A stretch of DNA of 64,000 nt from Octopus vulgaris (Eukaryota). Below the pieces are notes generated by a model. That model saw only the letters and a list, made by a program, of their open reading frames with translations. It did not search any database and was not told the origin of the DNA. A program made the translations under genes and the position numbers. The stretch lies in the NCBI GenBank assembly GCA_951406725.2, contig OX597814.1, positions 195,548,001 to 195,612,000 of the forward strand. The letters run 5' to 3'. Shown here in pieces: positions 39,766 to 56,313 of this stretch; position 1 is the first letter of the stretch; every line of letters starts with the position of its first letter.

Positions 39766-40265
39766 TTGTTCTTGTATTTTCTTTCTTTCTTCCAGTTTTT
39801 CCCTCTTCCTTTTCTTCGATCCTATACCTATGACGTTCGCCTTCCTTCATCTCAGTACGTTCTTTTTTCTCTTCTTTCGACTCCCATTCTTACCTACACA
39901 CACCTAAAAATGTTAATCTTGGTACATTAACATACCCACACATACACGTACCTGCACACACGCACGTGCGCGCACACACAGAAGTACGCATGCACACTCA
40001 TTCACAAACACACACACATACGCAAACACAGAAACACACACACACTCAAACACAGGAACACACACGCACTCACATACACAAATACAGATGCAAACACTCA
40101 TACACACTGACACACAGACACACAGAAATACAGAAACACACACTCGCACTCACACACCCGTCCACACAAATACAGATGCACACACACACACACACCACTC
40201 ACAAACAGACACACACACTCATACATACACAAACACACACCCAGACAAACACACATACATTCACG

Positions 40266-41008
40266 TACTCTTTTACTCTTTTACTTGTTTCAGTCATTTG
40301 ACTACGGCCATGCTGGAGCACTGCCTTTAGTCGAATGAAATCGACCCCAGGACTTATTCTTTGTAAGCCTAGTACTTATTCAATCGGTCTCTTTTTCCGA
40401 ACCACTAAGTTATGGGGATGTAAACACCAGCACTGGTTGTCAAGTGATGTTGGGGGGACAAACACAGACACACAAACACACACACACATATATATATACA
40501 TATATACGACAGGCTTCTTTCAGTTTCCGTCTACCAAATCCACTCACAAGGCTTTGGTCGGCCTGAGGCTATAGTAGAAGACACCTGCCCAAGGTGCCAC
40601 GCAGTGGGACTGAACCCGGAACCATGTGGTTCGTAAGCAAGCTACTTACCACACAGCCACTCCTACGCCTATACATAAACACAACAACTCACACACACAC
40701 AAACACAAATACCATGCTCTTTTGCCGAACCGCTAAGTTACGGGGACCTAAACACACCAGCATCGGTTGTCAAGCGATGATGGTGGTGGTGGTGGGGAGG
40801 ACAAACACAAACACACACACATACATATACATATATATACATATATATGACGGGCTTCTTTTCAGTTTCCGTCTACCAAATCTACTCATAAGGCTTGGTT
40901 GGCTCGAGGCTATAGTAGAAGACACTTGCCCAAGGTGCCACGCAGTAGGACTGAACCCGGAACCATGTGGTTGGTAAGCAAGCTACTTACCACACAGCCA
41001 CTCCAGCG
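40266..41008 (-). mobile_element. Two tandem SINE family B copies (40266-40670 full; 40717-41008 lacking the 3' end)
   Basis: Family match; ACACAAATACCATGCTC duplicated near 40704 and 41028. Confidence 0.85.
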
Positions 41009-41039
41009 TACACACATAAACACAAAAACACAAATACCA

Positions 41040-41370
41040 TGCTCCATTCGAGTAAGGGGTTCTTGATGAGTGAGTTGTATCCCGGTATAGGTGGCTTATC
41101 TGGTATTCTTTGAAGAAATTTGTCCAGATTCCGTTTAAAGGTGATGGGATCCTTTTCCTCTTTGATCTGTTTCGGGACAATGTTAAATAGGACAGGGCGT
41201 GTTGAAGAAAAGAAATTGTGTTGTAGTATATTTATGTGTTGTGATCCTGAGTTGGGTAGGGGACATAAGGTCTGTGGTCCTAGCCTTGGATGAATTTTGA
41301 AGCTAATGTTGAGGTCATTTGGGCAATGCTGGTGATATATTCTCCACATCGTGCAAATAATGTATCACAT
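41040..41370 (-). pseudogene. CR1/L2-group LINE C-terminal fragment
   Basis: YIICTMWRIYHQHCPN...PVLFNIVPKQIK...FKRNLDKFLQRIPDKPPIPGY...LLEW. Confidence 0.7.
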
Positions 41371-41397
41371 GCGTATATATATATATATATATATGAT

Positions 41398-41593
41398 AGA
41401 TCGTTAGCCATGATAGGTCGTTAGCCACTACACACATTTTTTTCTCTCCTTGTTTTTTTTTTCTGTGTCCCTTTCTGTAAAAGAGCGTAGGCTCGAAACG
41501 TAAAACACTTTTTCTATTCCTGAGCGTTATACTAATACATCTGTTTGTTTTTGTACACCACCTGTCTTCGTGTTTATTTTTTTCGTAAACTCT

Positions 41594-41598
<5 letters not shown>
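41398..41598 (+). mobile_element. Family F HHR-like repeat (motif at 41471-41506)
   Basis: CTTT-CTGTAAA-A-GAGC-GTAG-GCTC-GAAA-CG-TA-AAAC. Confidence 0.75.
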
Positions 41599-41624
<26 letters not shown>

Positions 41625-41683
41625 CCAGAGTGAGTACATAAATGCGAAACAAGGTGGACAATAATAACAACAACAACAACAAC

Positions 41684-41751
<68 letters not shown>

Positions 41752-41950
41752 TAATAATAATAATAATATTAATAATATTGATATGATTTTTAAACCGCAA
41801 GTGTTATTTCAAATGTGTATCTATCAAAATAATTGTATATCTACATATAACTTTATCTTGTTCCATTCTAAACAAAACTATCCGATGAACAGGATCGCGA
41901 AACTAATGAGTAATAGTTTTTTGCGATATTTTTGTTGCTTTTTAATAAAT

Positions 41951-42033
<83 letters not shown>

Positions 42034-42040
42034 ATATATA

Positions 42041-42101
<61 letters not shown>

Positions 42102-42229
42102 CATATGTTAATAAAGTGTGCATATATATATATGTGTGTATATATATATTGTCCTACCCTTCCCTATTCTTCTCTCCTCTTCACTGTTTCCTCTCTCTCA
42201 CTCCTCGTCCTCGACTCTCTCGTCGCTGA

Positions 42230-42680
42230 CACGTGACGAAAGAGAATATACCTTTCTACCCACAACCTTCGTAAAAACTAAACCTACTTATACTGTTTCC
42301 TCTCATAAGCTCGTCTTCCTAGCGTTCATAACAATGTTTCTATTGTCTTGGCTTAGCAGCCCTCACCGTTTGTTTTTGCTGTTTTGTTTTCACTGTCCTG
42401 TTCTTGTTACCACTTTCACCCTCCGCAAAAAATCCCAAATTTTATTTAATTTGCTTTGCGGGAAGGAATGTTTCAACAAAGTCGCGTCTTGTCCTTGTCT
42501 TTGTAACGCGGGGTAGATGAAACAGGGACAACTGAAGAAGGGGAAGATTCTTTATGTTGTATGTTTCGTTTCTCTGTTTGTTTTTTTCCTTGTCCGAAAA
42601 AAGTTCGTTTCTATGATTTTGTTTTTACGTTTTTGTTTCTCATTGTACTGAACGTCTTTTTGATGTCCTGTACCCATATA
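42230..42680 (+). mobile_element. Family G repeat
   Basis: Homology to 8155-8465 and 56960-57135. Confidence 0.7.
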
Positions 42681-43289
42681 TGAATGTATATATCCATATA
42701 TATGTAGGTATGTACATATATGTATGTATATGTGCATATATTTATATATTATTTATATTATTATATGATTGAACGCCACGCGTCCTTTTCTAAGTAAGTT
42801 TTATCTACATACATACATACATACATACATACATACATAAATACATACAGAGACAGAGAGAGGGTCACTCACACATACACACGTATACATATACATATAT
42901 ATATATTCAGTTATTGATACACATGCCTGAAATTTAGCACACTAGCTTCATTACGCATATTAAAATGTATGGTGACCCGACACACCTGTGATAGTATTCG
43001 AATCATACATGTAAACTGAAAAATATGCAGCCATCGTCATGAGCTGCTGACCCCAGACTATATTTAGCCGAACTAAATATAGCCTTAGATATTAATATAT
43101 ACAATAAACGTCTGATATTTAACTATAATCAGTCTGCGTTATAAATGACTACAGAGAAAGAAGTGGAATCACGAAAATTGATACTAATATTATTTAAGAC
43201 CAACGTACGTGATGAGTTTGCTAAAAAATCTATTAATGCTAAAAATAAGTTTCTGAAGTTGAGAAGAAACATTCTATATATAAAGCACG

Positions 43290-43398
<109 letters not shown>

Positions 43399-43460
43399 GC
43401 ATATACATTTGTATATATATGTACGCCCCAAATACAAATATATATATATATGTGTGTGTG

Positions 43461-43792
43461 TAGGGCAGAGAACTCGCGGTCGTAGGATCGTGGTTTCGAT
43501 TCCCAACCAGACTGGGCATTGTGAGTGTTTATTGAGTGAAAACCCCTAAAGTTCTACGAGACTCCGGCAAGGGTTGGTGATGGTGGCGAACCCTTCTGTA
43601 CTTTTTCAGCACAACTTTCTCCCACCCTTTCTTCCTGTTTCTTTTGTACCTGTATTTCGAAGGGCCAGCCTTGTCACACTCTGTGTCATGCTAAATATCC
43701 CACCCGAATACTACGTTTAGGGTACACGTATCTGTGGAGTTTTCAGCCACTTACTTGCAAGTTAATTCTACGAGCAGGCTGTTACTTTGACG
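43461..43792 (+). mobile_element. SINE family C (diverged); further relics at about 44050-44550
   Basis: GGGCAGAGAACTCGCGGTCGTAGGATCGTGGTTTCGATTCCC head. Confidence 0.75.
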
Positions 43793-43800
43793 GAGTGACA

Positions 43801-43846
<46 letters not shown>

Positions 43847-43859
43847 GATATTGAATTCA

Positions 43860-44032
43860 AATTTTGGCAGAACGCTAGCAATTTTGGGGAGTGGGTTAAG
43901 TCGATTACAATGACCCCAGTATTCAACTGGTACATATTTTTGCGAACCCGAAAGGATGAAAGGCAAAGTCAACTCAGCGAGATTCGAATTCAGAACATGA
44001 GGACGGACGAAATGCCGCTAAATATTTTGCCG
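43860..44032 (-). mobile_element. Diverged SINE family A
   Basis: CCCGAAAGGATGAAAGGCAAAGTC domain. Confidence 0.7.
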
Positions 44033-44879
44033 CTTTCGACGCATGAATATCCAACTGATTGACCTATGCAATCAGTTAACATGAAGTAGCTGAGTATTCC
44101 AAAGACTCGTGAACCCTTAATTCGGTAACAGAATCAGCGTTACTCAGTGAAACAAGGCTGAGCAGTTACATAACCAGGTACAGTCCATCTGTCAGGCTCA
44201 TAAGTAGTTCCTGGTTCTTTCCACTAATTTTCACTCATGGATGACGCGTGGTTAAGTAGTTAGGGATATTCGACTCACGATTGTAAGGTGGTGAGTTCGA
44301 TTCCCAGTGGTGTGAGACATTTTATTTTACGTTGTTCCAGGTTTACTCAGCTGGAAAAAAAAATTAGTTGTACCTGTAATTCCGAAGAGCCCACCTTGTC
44401 ACATCCTGTGACCCGATGAATCATACGGAGAATTACATTAAGACTACGTATGTCTATGGAGTACTCAGCCAGTTGCACGTTGATTTCATGAGCAGGCTGT
44501 CGCGTTCATCGGATCAACTGGAGCAGTTGTCATGGTAACCGATGATGTATCAGTTTAGTTTATTTTCACTCAAAGTCTTATGACGCCCCGAGTCTATAGT
44601 AACGACTTAGGCTCGGGAAGCCAGGCTGTGGAATCGAACTCAAGAACTCAATGCTGCGAAACGAGCATTTTAACCGTCAGGCTTTGCCCGTAACCATGGA
44701 ATCATTCGCCGTTTCCTTAAAATTTGGCTAAATTGTGAGGCAGTGATGAATATGATTTATCTATTCTATTTCTAACGCTGAGCTCTTCTTTAATTGTGGA
44801 TTCCTATGATCGCATGATCAGAATAATTTACCTCCCCTTCCCCACCCTCCCTGCAATCCCCCTCTCTTCACATACGCAC

Positions 44880-46390
<1,511 letters not shown>

Positions 46391-46861
46391 TAAGCGTATA
46401 TGTACATACTCAGCAAATTCTAACGTACGTCCACGTTTCGCCTATATACGATACACACAAAATATGCCCCCCCCCCCCCCCTCTGTTCAGAGCTAGATCT
46501 AGATAGCTATTGTGGTTGTTATTGAACCGAAGCAGTGATCTTTATACGGGGAGGCTAATGGTACGGTTTTTAAGTGATCCAATACTTAAAGATGGCTGAC
46601 CGGCTCGCAACTCCGGATATGCGGGAGATACCGAGAAACGTTTTGTTGGTTTGTCTGTTGAACAGCGAACTCATTCTATCAAGTTTCTTGCAGTGATGGT
46701 TTATTCCTATTAAAGAACACGCTGCTATAGAATTAAGAAATAGAATTCCTTTATATTTTTTGAATTTTCGGTAGTGTGGATGGTTTTGTTTGACATAATG
46801 TTTATGATGAAACTTTCTAAAGTATTAAACTTTTATTAAATAACTTTAATATTAAAACAGC

Positions 46862-47200
46862 ATACGCCGGATAAAATGCTTAGTGGTATTTCGTCCGTCT
46901 TTACGTTGTGAGTTCAAATTCCACCGAGGTCTAATTTGCTTTTCATCCTTTTGGGGTCGATGAATTAACTATAAGTTGAACACTGGGAACTTACATTCTC
47001 CCCTAAACTTGCTTTGTGCCAATATTTGAAACCGATATTTCGTCTGTCTTTACGTTCTGAGTTAAAATTCCGCCGGGGTCGACTTTGCCTTTCATCCTTT
47101 CGGCTTCCATAAATGAAGTACCAGTTACGTACTGGGTTTCGATCTAATCGACTGACCCCTACCCCAAAATTTCGGGCCTTGTGTCTAGAGTAGAAAAGAA
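46862..47200 (+). mobile_element. SINE family A dimer (diverged)
   Basis: Two bodies. Confidence 0.75.
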
Positions 47201-47599
47201 TATTTGAAACCGATATTAAAGCTATATGTATTAATCCTGCAACAATAATTAAATTTCTGTTATTGATGTGAAATATTTAAGCTGTTTGCAAAATTAGTAA
47301 ATAATTACCTTGAAGCAAACATATAGAATATTATTCGCCGATTAATCTTCTTCTCTTATTGAGATGTTTTACAATCTTAAATGAAGAATTTAATTAGTTC
47401 TTTAATGTCTTCAGAGAATAGAACACAGGACACATAGTTCTGCTTGAGTCTTTGATTTAGGCTAGTGCCATTAGTGCATGTTGTGACAATGTTCCAGTAT
47501 CGTATCACACTTTGTATATCCATATTTTTTAAAAATCTCTTTTTCTCTTCCTAATAACTTAAGTGTTTTTGCTAGAGACTGTGGGGAGATGACGGAGTT

Positions 47600-47900
47600 A
47601 TTCAATGAGAAAATAAGTAAGAGGAAGAAATATCACATGGAATTACGCTGGTGTATTCATATCGGAGAATGTACTTTTGTTCATGTAACGGGCGAATGCT
47701 TCCGATAATGTGAGATTTTAATATCATTTTTTTTCTCCAACATATCTTTCCGCTGTTAGAGTAAGTCTTTTTTTCACTTTTCAATTAATGTTCAGCTTTC
47801 AAAAGCCATACATATTTGGCTAGCTTCACTATAATCTATTTGTCTGGATTTTGAATGAGGATGTGTAACTATGCATTCGATTCTTGAATGCATCTTCTAT
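47600..47900 (-). pseudogene. Very decayed RTE-like LINE fragment
   Basis: MYGFES*TLIEK*KKRLTLTAERY resembles the RTE 'LYG.ETW.L....+RL...ER' motif. Confidence 0.35.
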
Positions 47901-48535
47901 CATTCTAATGTAACGTCTCCATCAGGGAGCGTTACTTGATACGAACATCGTATTACAATGATTATTTAGGGAGGCTGTAATAAAATACTTACACGGCGTT
48001 AATATATTTTGCTGGCCCTAGTATAGGGTATGGGTTTATGAAAAATAACGCGGTTCATATTGGTTGTGCGGCTGAAGAGAAGTGCAAACGTGTGCATGTT
48101 AGATAAATTTCAACATTTATGAAAGGAAAAACATATACACATATATGTGTGTGTGTGTGTTTATGTTTGTGTGCGTGTGTGTATACGTGAGTGCGTGTGT
48201 GTGCGCACGTGTTACATATTTATATGAGCATATACACATACATATACATATCTATAAATATATAAGTGCATGTATAGTAGGATCAGTCGAATGATCGTGA
48301 CAAAACGCAGTTTGTTAGTCTCTTACACAATCAGGACAGATCATCAATAAAACTTATTAGTAAACGCAGTTTCTCCTAAACAGATCTTGTCTCAAATCGA
48401 GATAAATTGTATGTACTTGAGGAGAGCTTTGGTAACACGACTTTCTTTACTAAGAAAAAAACATATCATTATTCTCTACCATGGCACTGAGCATATTTTG
48501 TCGACAGTCAATACTAAACACAAACACGCATACAC

Positions 48536-48622
<87 letters not shown>

Positions 48623-48848
48623 CACGCATCGTACGTGGAATATCGAGCATGGTGGTAAAGCGGACTTCTTAAGCATATATTCCCGCCCACATGCAGACTT
48701 ATATGTATGTATATATATATATATTGGCCTGCACGCTTAGCCAGCGGGGTGGCGTCATTTATAGGCTAAAACAATGTGAAATGTGAAAGGCATTGTGACC
48801 AGCGATGTGTAGCAACATCTGATAGCCTGGTCTGTCACGGTGATCACG

Positions 48849-48881
<33 letters not shown>

Positions 48882-48886
<5 letters not shown>

Positions 48887-48999
48887 GGAGTAAGCACATA
48901 AATGTGAAACAAGGTGGAAAAAAGAGTACTCAAATAGCAGAGGTAGAATTATATGCTTTATTTAAAAGCAGCAGTCTGCTGCTTTTAAATAAAGTATAT
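48882..48999. mobile_element. Family H TA-associated repeat end with a 19-bp fold-back
   Basis: ACCGGAGTAAGCACATAAATGTGAAACAAGGTGGA also at about 41624 and 58109; CTTTATTTAAAAGCAGCAG-T-CTGCTGCTTTTAAATAAAG. Confidence 0.65.
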
Positions 49000-49051
49000 A
49001 TATATATATATACAACACACACACATATATATGCAGGCGCACACGCACACA

Positions 49052-49089
<38 letters not shown>

Positions 49090-49158
49090 CAAATATTTAA
49101 GTGAATATACATATATATATACATATATATATACACACAACACACACATATATATACA

Positions 49159-49196
<38 letters not shown>

Positions 49197-49251
49197 ACAC
49201 ACACATATACATACACGCACACACATACACACACATATAAATACGTGTATA

Positions 49252-49293
<42 letters not shown>

Positions 49294-49304
49294 TACATAT
49301 GTAT

Positions 49305-49373
<69 letters not shown>

Positions 49374-49827
49374 CACACACACATGCGCGCACACACGCTC
49401 ATTCAGTATTAATTTGGAACTGTTCTCCATGTAATCTTTTCCTCCACCACCGAACGTTAGAAATGCAACCAATAAACAAATAACAAAAATAACTAAAAAA
49501 GAACAGAAAAACTAGAGAAAAAAACCCCTGAACATTGACACAGCTATGGGCATGGCGCATTTCCCTCAGACAGTCAATTTAATACAAAATATAACCGAAA
49601 AATCTAACGGGAAATTAACGGATAAAAAATAATCAATTTTATCTCTGGAAACGCGTATCACGTTGCTAGAAGGTGATGAAAAATAATTGTAAAAGAGAGA
49701 CTTGAAGTATATGAAATTTGAAGTTAAATATCTAATATCTGGTTTTCAGGTACTGAGTATTTATTGAAGATAGAGTTTTCAAGACGCACAATGTCAATGT
49801 GTTGTATAAGTGTATACAAACACTCCC

Positions 49828-49932
<105 letters not shown>

Positions 49933-49950
49933 ACTATCTATCTAACTATC

Positions 49951-50855
49951 TAGACAGACCTGCCCGAGATCCGGGCAGAGCGACGAAACCGTTCTGCACA
50001 CAATCGTGGAGTCCAACAATTTCCGACCTGTGGGCTTGTGTCGAACAACTGCTGTCACGTGTGGGACGAGTCGGTTTATCAGACGAGTCGGTTTATCAGC
50101 TGAGTCTATCGTCAATATTGTCACGCCTCCTTCCTTCAAACGGGAAAGAAGAGCTATTTTCATCATCCTTGTGGCTATGGCGAAAGAATGTATCTGGTGG
50201 ACGCGTCTGAAAGGATTGGAGACAAACACTTTCCTCTCTGGTCAATTTCTCATCAACTTCTTCAAGTACCACTTGAAAAGGAAAGTGAGAGTAGAGAGGC
50301 AAGTTTTGTCAAGCGAATGTTTTAAAAAAAAGATGGGTGAATGTAGCAAGGATGGCACGTATGAATGACGAAGCCACCTTGAGCATAATCCTATGAACCC
50401 AGAAATTGAAAACAGAGGGTAACATATAACAATATTGACCAAGGTAACCGTGGTCTTTTTCGTAGGCTTTTCTTCCCCACGGATAAACCTTACTTGCTTT
50501 CCCCTTTACACCATATATCATAACACTGTGATACACGATCCCTATTGATCGTTCTTTTTTTTCCTCTTCCCCTTTTTTCCCCCTTTTTTCTTCTTTTTTC
50601 ATTTCTCTTTTCTTTTGTTCCTTTTCCTTTTCTTTTTTTAATTTTTATTCTTTTTATTTTTTATTTTATTTATTTATTTATTTACTTTTTTTTTCTTTGT
50701 TCTTTTCTTCCCTTTTACGATCCCTCTTGATCGAAAACCTACGCCACTTCTTTTTTTTTATTTTGTTTTTTGTTTTTTTCATCCCCCAAAAGAAAAGCTC
50801 TACCTTGTAACTTGTCCCATCTATGTGCAGCCCTGTGTGGCCAATAAAGAAACTT
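49951..50855 (+). pseudogene. Tx1/L1-clade LINE 3' end (CCHC knuckle, C-terminus, T-rich 3' UTR)
   Basis: TCPR-GQSDETVLHTIVE-PTISDLW, AMAKECIWWTR; 17-bp duplication at 50065-50099; ends GCCCTGTGTGGCCAATAAAGAAA; (TCTA)n on both sides. Confidence 0.85.
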
Positions 50856-50861
50856 ATCTCT

Positions 50862-50931
<70 letters not shown>

Positions 50932-51122
50932 GTCTGTCTGTCTGTCCGTCTACCTACCTATCTACCTATCTAATCTATCTATCTATATGCCTTTCTGTCC
51001 ATTTGTCTGCTTGCTTGTCTGGCTGCCTGACTGTATGTGTATGTATCCGTCTGTCTGTGAGTCTGTTTGTGTGCTTGTCTGTCAGTCTATCTTTCATTTT
51101 GACAAGCAATCTGCGTGCTTGC

Positions 51123-51485
<363 letters not shown>

Positions 51486-52089
51486 TATGTATCTATCTAT
51501 CTATAGATAGATAGATAGATAGATAGATAGATTGTTATGTCTGTTTCTTTCTATCTATGTCTGTCTGACTGTTTATCTGTCTGCCTGTCTCACTATGTCA
51601 AACGATCTGCCTGTCTCTCTCTCTCTCTCTGTTTGTCTTTCTGTCTGTTTGCCTGCCCCACTCTTTCTCGTCTCTCTCTCAATCTCCCCATGTCTATTTG
51701 CCTATCTATGTCTGTGTTTGTTTCTCTTCTCACACACACTGTCTCTCTCTCTGAGATGAAAATGTCATTGTGCCCTTGTTCCTATCGCCTATTTTCTCAT
51801 CTTGCATGAGATAACACCTCGTTTTGTTCGGTATGACGTCAACCCGTTGTAACTCAGTGACATCAAAATTCGGGTACATAAACCAATGATTAGAACATGA
51901 GGCCATCTTGATTAGGGTTAGGGTTAGTGTTGGGGTTAGCAGTACTGAGCGAAACCTGGAGATAATCAATAGTATATGCAAGACAAAGAAATAACCAGAA
52001 ACACAAATATCATTATATTGAATTTATTTAAATTAGTATTCTTAAACTGAAGTAATTAAGTTCTCTCTTTCTCTCTCGCTCTCTCTCTC

Positions 52090-52176
<87 letters not shown>

Positions 52177-52177
52177 G

Positions 52178-52231
<54 letters not shown>

Positions 52232-52376
52232 GAGTTTAAAATGTATTATATACAATGCACACTCACACACAAACACACACACACGCACAAAACACTCCGC
52301 AAACACGTTGTTGGATGGCCGTTCACTACGCTGTAGCACTTCCGCCCTTTGACGAGTCTTATATTTTGTTCCGCAG

Positions 52377-52426
52377 GGTGTCCAACTCGCATGTCCATGT
52401 ATGATTGCATGTATATGCTGGTGCAG
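52377..52426 (+). other. Candidate 50-bp exon
   Basis: Branch-like TTTGAC, acceptor ttatattttgttccgcAG, donor CAG|GTGAGA; product not recognised. Confidence 0.25.
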
Positions 52427-52799
52427 GTGAGAACGCAAGCGCAAATATTTTTCGAAATGTTTCGCATCAGCTGAGGGTCTCTAATATTTATTCAATACCT
52501 TTCTGGAATCATGATATCTATTGATATGTATTTCATGTATGGAACCCCATGATTTGTATTGAAACACATAGCCACCTATCCTCACAGACACCCACATTTA
52601 CATACACAAACTGATATTGTGCATATATATATATATATACAACTTATAAGTAAGGGTTAAAGAAAATGATTTCAATGCCAATTTGCTGATAACAGACTAT
52701 TAAATCGTCAATTTCCACATATTATTTACTCGCTACAGAAGAAACACAAAGAACTGAAATCGGGCAAGCCGGCCGATAGAATTTAAAAAAAAAAGTTCG

Positions 52800-52862
<63 letters not shown>

Positions 52863-52863
<1 letters not shown>

Positions 52864-53312
52864 GAGCAAAACGTCCCCCGTCCAATGGACGGTGTTGAGT
52901 TGTCAAACATTTAAACTAAATTTTCTCAAAACAACAATTTCTCAATGGCCTCCCCTTTGAGAAACACTGATTTAACCTAAATTTGAGGCACCAGCAAAGG
53001 AGAAGAAATAAAGATAGACTTTTTCTCTATTTCAAAGTAAAACGATTTTATTCACACAAATATGCAACCGAAGAGTTTAAAGTGCTAGTAAGTACATCGC
53101 AACAGCTGATGTACTTGCGTGTACAAATGCACATTCCCACGGCTTTATCGATCGCATTCTCACCTGGAATCGATTTTTGTAATTTTTTCAAGACTTATAC
53201 ACGCCCTGATACCGTCGGTATCTACATATCAAATTTGAGCGCAATCGGATGGAGGATACCCGAGATCCTAAAAGGCACACAGACAGACAGACAGAACAGA
53301 TTTTATAATATA
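52863..53312 (-). mobile_element. Non-autonomous Helitron-like element
   Basis: Minus 5' ATTATAAAATCTGTTCTGTCTGTC; 3' hairpin CCGTCCATTGGACGG plus CTCG (CTAG variant); within (TA)n. Confidence 0.65.
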
Positions 53313-53339
53313 TATATGTGTGTGTATGTGTATATATAC

Positions 53340-53476
<137 letters not shown>

Positions 53477-53976
53477 GTATGTATGCATGCATGTATGTAT
53501 GTATGTATGTATGTATGTATGCATGTATATTTTGTTGCCGCAGAAAACTTAAGAGGTGAACAAATATAAACTGAAAATTTGATTGATGGCTAGATATTGG
53601 CACATGTATAACTGCGAACATTTCTATGTCCTTCATACACACACTCACGCATGCGCGTGCACAACCTCACATCACATACACTCACACTCACACATGCATA
53701 TATACACACATCCCAAAAACTGACACATGCACTTACGTAAACACGTGTATTGTGGCTTGCAAATAACCGTTACATATAAAAAATTTTAATATAAATATAA
53801 AAACTACGACACATATGTACGCATATGTACTCTCTCTCACTCTCACTCTTTCATACAAGCACACGCACACACGCACACGCACACACTCACAAACACATAC
53901 CGACAGTATATAATATATATTTTTATATATTTCTTTCAGCTTTTACGCGTACTGATATATGTATGTATGTGTGTGT

Positions 53977-54010
<34 letters not shown>

Positions 54011-54175
54011 TCATATATATATATGTGTATATATACATATATATACACACATACACAAAAGCATGTGTACATGTATTTGTGGGTCGAGCAAATTACTATG
54101 GAATTCAATTCAGCTGATATTTTAACGGGGAAACTCTCACACACATACACACACAACAACAACAACAACAATAAC

Positions 54176-54206
<31 letters not shown>

Positions 54207-55018
54207 GTAATAATAATGATAATAATAATAATAATAATAATAAATAGAAAACAGCATTGTAGAATCAACATTTAGTTGTTATTGCTTTATTTTTCAGTTC
54301 TCCTGAGCCAAAGCATTAATTTTTACCGGATGGAGAAACATTAACCCTTACCACCCAATCCAACTCACAAAATACTGTCATCTTTACTTTTTCAAATGAA
54401 TAGAAAATAAAATTAGTATTTCGTTTTCTTTTTCTGTCAAATATTGAAATATATGAGGATTTGAATTAATTACGAACGAAATTTGTATCGGGGAATTAAA
54501 ATAGAATTATATCAAACTCACCACATTTTCTCTCCTTACATCTGAAATTAATTGCTGGTTTATGCTAAAGTTTCAATGAGGGTATACAGTTGCCTTTATT
54601 AACAAGAGCGGAAATATGTTATGAATTGCAGTCTTTAGAGTCTCGCATTGGAAAGAGAACTGTTGATAGAACTGTGTGATGTTGTTGGTTCAGGTGAAAT
54701 TATGTGTGATGTTTGTATGATGGCGAATAACTTTATCGAATGTTCGTAACATTCAGACATTTTGTATAACGGAAACGAGGAAGGCTATTATGTGTTAATT
54801 TTCATACAAGCGGACATTATAAAATGAAGAAATTTAAAACTAAAACAAAATTTAACAAATATATAGTTAAAATATAAATATATATATATATATATATAAA
54901 GAAAAAAAAAATGGAGACGAACTTCAACATTAGTTTTAGACTTAATTTGATTACTATTTTTATTTGTTGTACTATTTGAAAATTATTCTTAGCAGTAATT
55001 TCTCGTCTGTGCAAGTGT

Positions 55019-55058
<40 letters not shown>

Positions 55059-55186
55059 TGTGTATGTATATGTATATATATATATGTATATATATATGTA
55101 TATATGTATATGTATATATATGTACACACACATACACACAAATATATGTGCATATATATATATATATATTGTACGTGTGCATATAC

Positions 55187-55236
<50 letters not shown>

Positions 55237-56269
55237 ATATAAATGTATGTATTCACGTGCACATATGTAAGCGCAACGCACGCACACACATACACAGAAC
55301 CGCCTGTACACACACACGCACACACACACGCACATACACACACACACATATATATATATAAACTCATAGATGAATGTGTACAATATATGCACATATATGT
55401 GTATGTGTTTGCATCTGACTCTTTGTAAATGTGCTTGTGTGTATGTGTGTGTGTGCGTGTGTATGGATTTGTGACTGTATATGTGTGTGTGAATGTTTGT
55501 GTGTGTATGGATTTGTGACTGTATATGTGTGTGTGTGTGAAAGTGTGTATGTTTGTGTATTCTGCGTATTGGGGGAGTGTTTATGTAAACATCGCTTAGG
55601 TTTAGTGATTGATTTGTTTCATACAAGTAATATGTTTGTGTTTTGGGACAAACAAAGCTTGTTCGACGCTTTTCTTTATCTTATTTAATCGATGTCACCA
55701 AAATTTAACTTCTGCACAAAAGAGTAAAATAAAATGAATTTTAAGAAAAAAAAAAAGAAAGAAAAATAAAAAAAAAATGAAGAAAAAACCGGAAAGCCAA
55801 AAATAAAGACGAACAAAATCTAAGAAAACACGAAATACTTGATTTCAATTTATCACTTAAGCCAAAATAGGAATTTCGTTCTATACTTAAAGAATTATTA
55901 ATTTCTTAAGATTCACATAATTTCGCCAAAGAAATATCATTGATTTTGACAAAAATTATTATTTTTTTTAACCATATTTTTGGCTCAGAGGATTTTGTAT
56001 TTGACCAGAAATATTAAGATTCTCGTTTCCTGTTACTGTGCAGTCCATTATCTCTCGAAATTACAGATTCAACTTCAGTCGTATTTTCTGTTCTAGGGAC
56101 ATTTATTAATTAATGTAGATGAAGGCTGATAGAGTATCAACAAAAATGTATTCCAGATCGTTCGAGCACCCATTTTTAGTTTATCATTGAGCTCAGCGTT
56201 GTAAACCACTTTCATACGGGTATATCATCACAAGTTAGTGGTATGCTGAAGCTCAAATTGTCCGGGTAC

Positions 56270-56313
56270 TTTTGGCTGATGAGATGCAACATGTCGAAAC
56301 TGGTGTCCCAGAA
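56270..56313 (+). ncRNA. Type I hammerhead ribozyme, canonical core
   Basis: TTTTGG-CTGATGA-GAT-gcaacat-GTC-GAAA-C-tggt-G-TC-CCAGAA; GUC cleavage after 56307. Confidence 0.75.

Noticed and set aside
42485-42550. Permuted (type II) hammerhead in family G (GAAACGCGGA...CTGAAGAAGGGG)
   Set aside because: All three copies have G where U16.1 is required, GAAA is intact in only one, and a competing TTGTCCCCT/AGGGGACAA hairpin explains the structure
51911-51940. TTAGGG telomere-like repeats
   Set aside because: Only 2-4 degenerate units; too short to call an interstitial telomere
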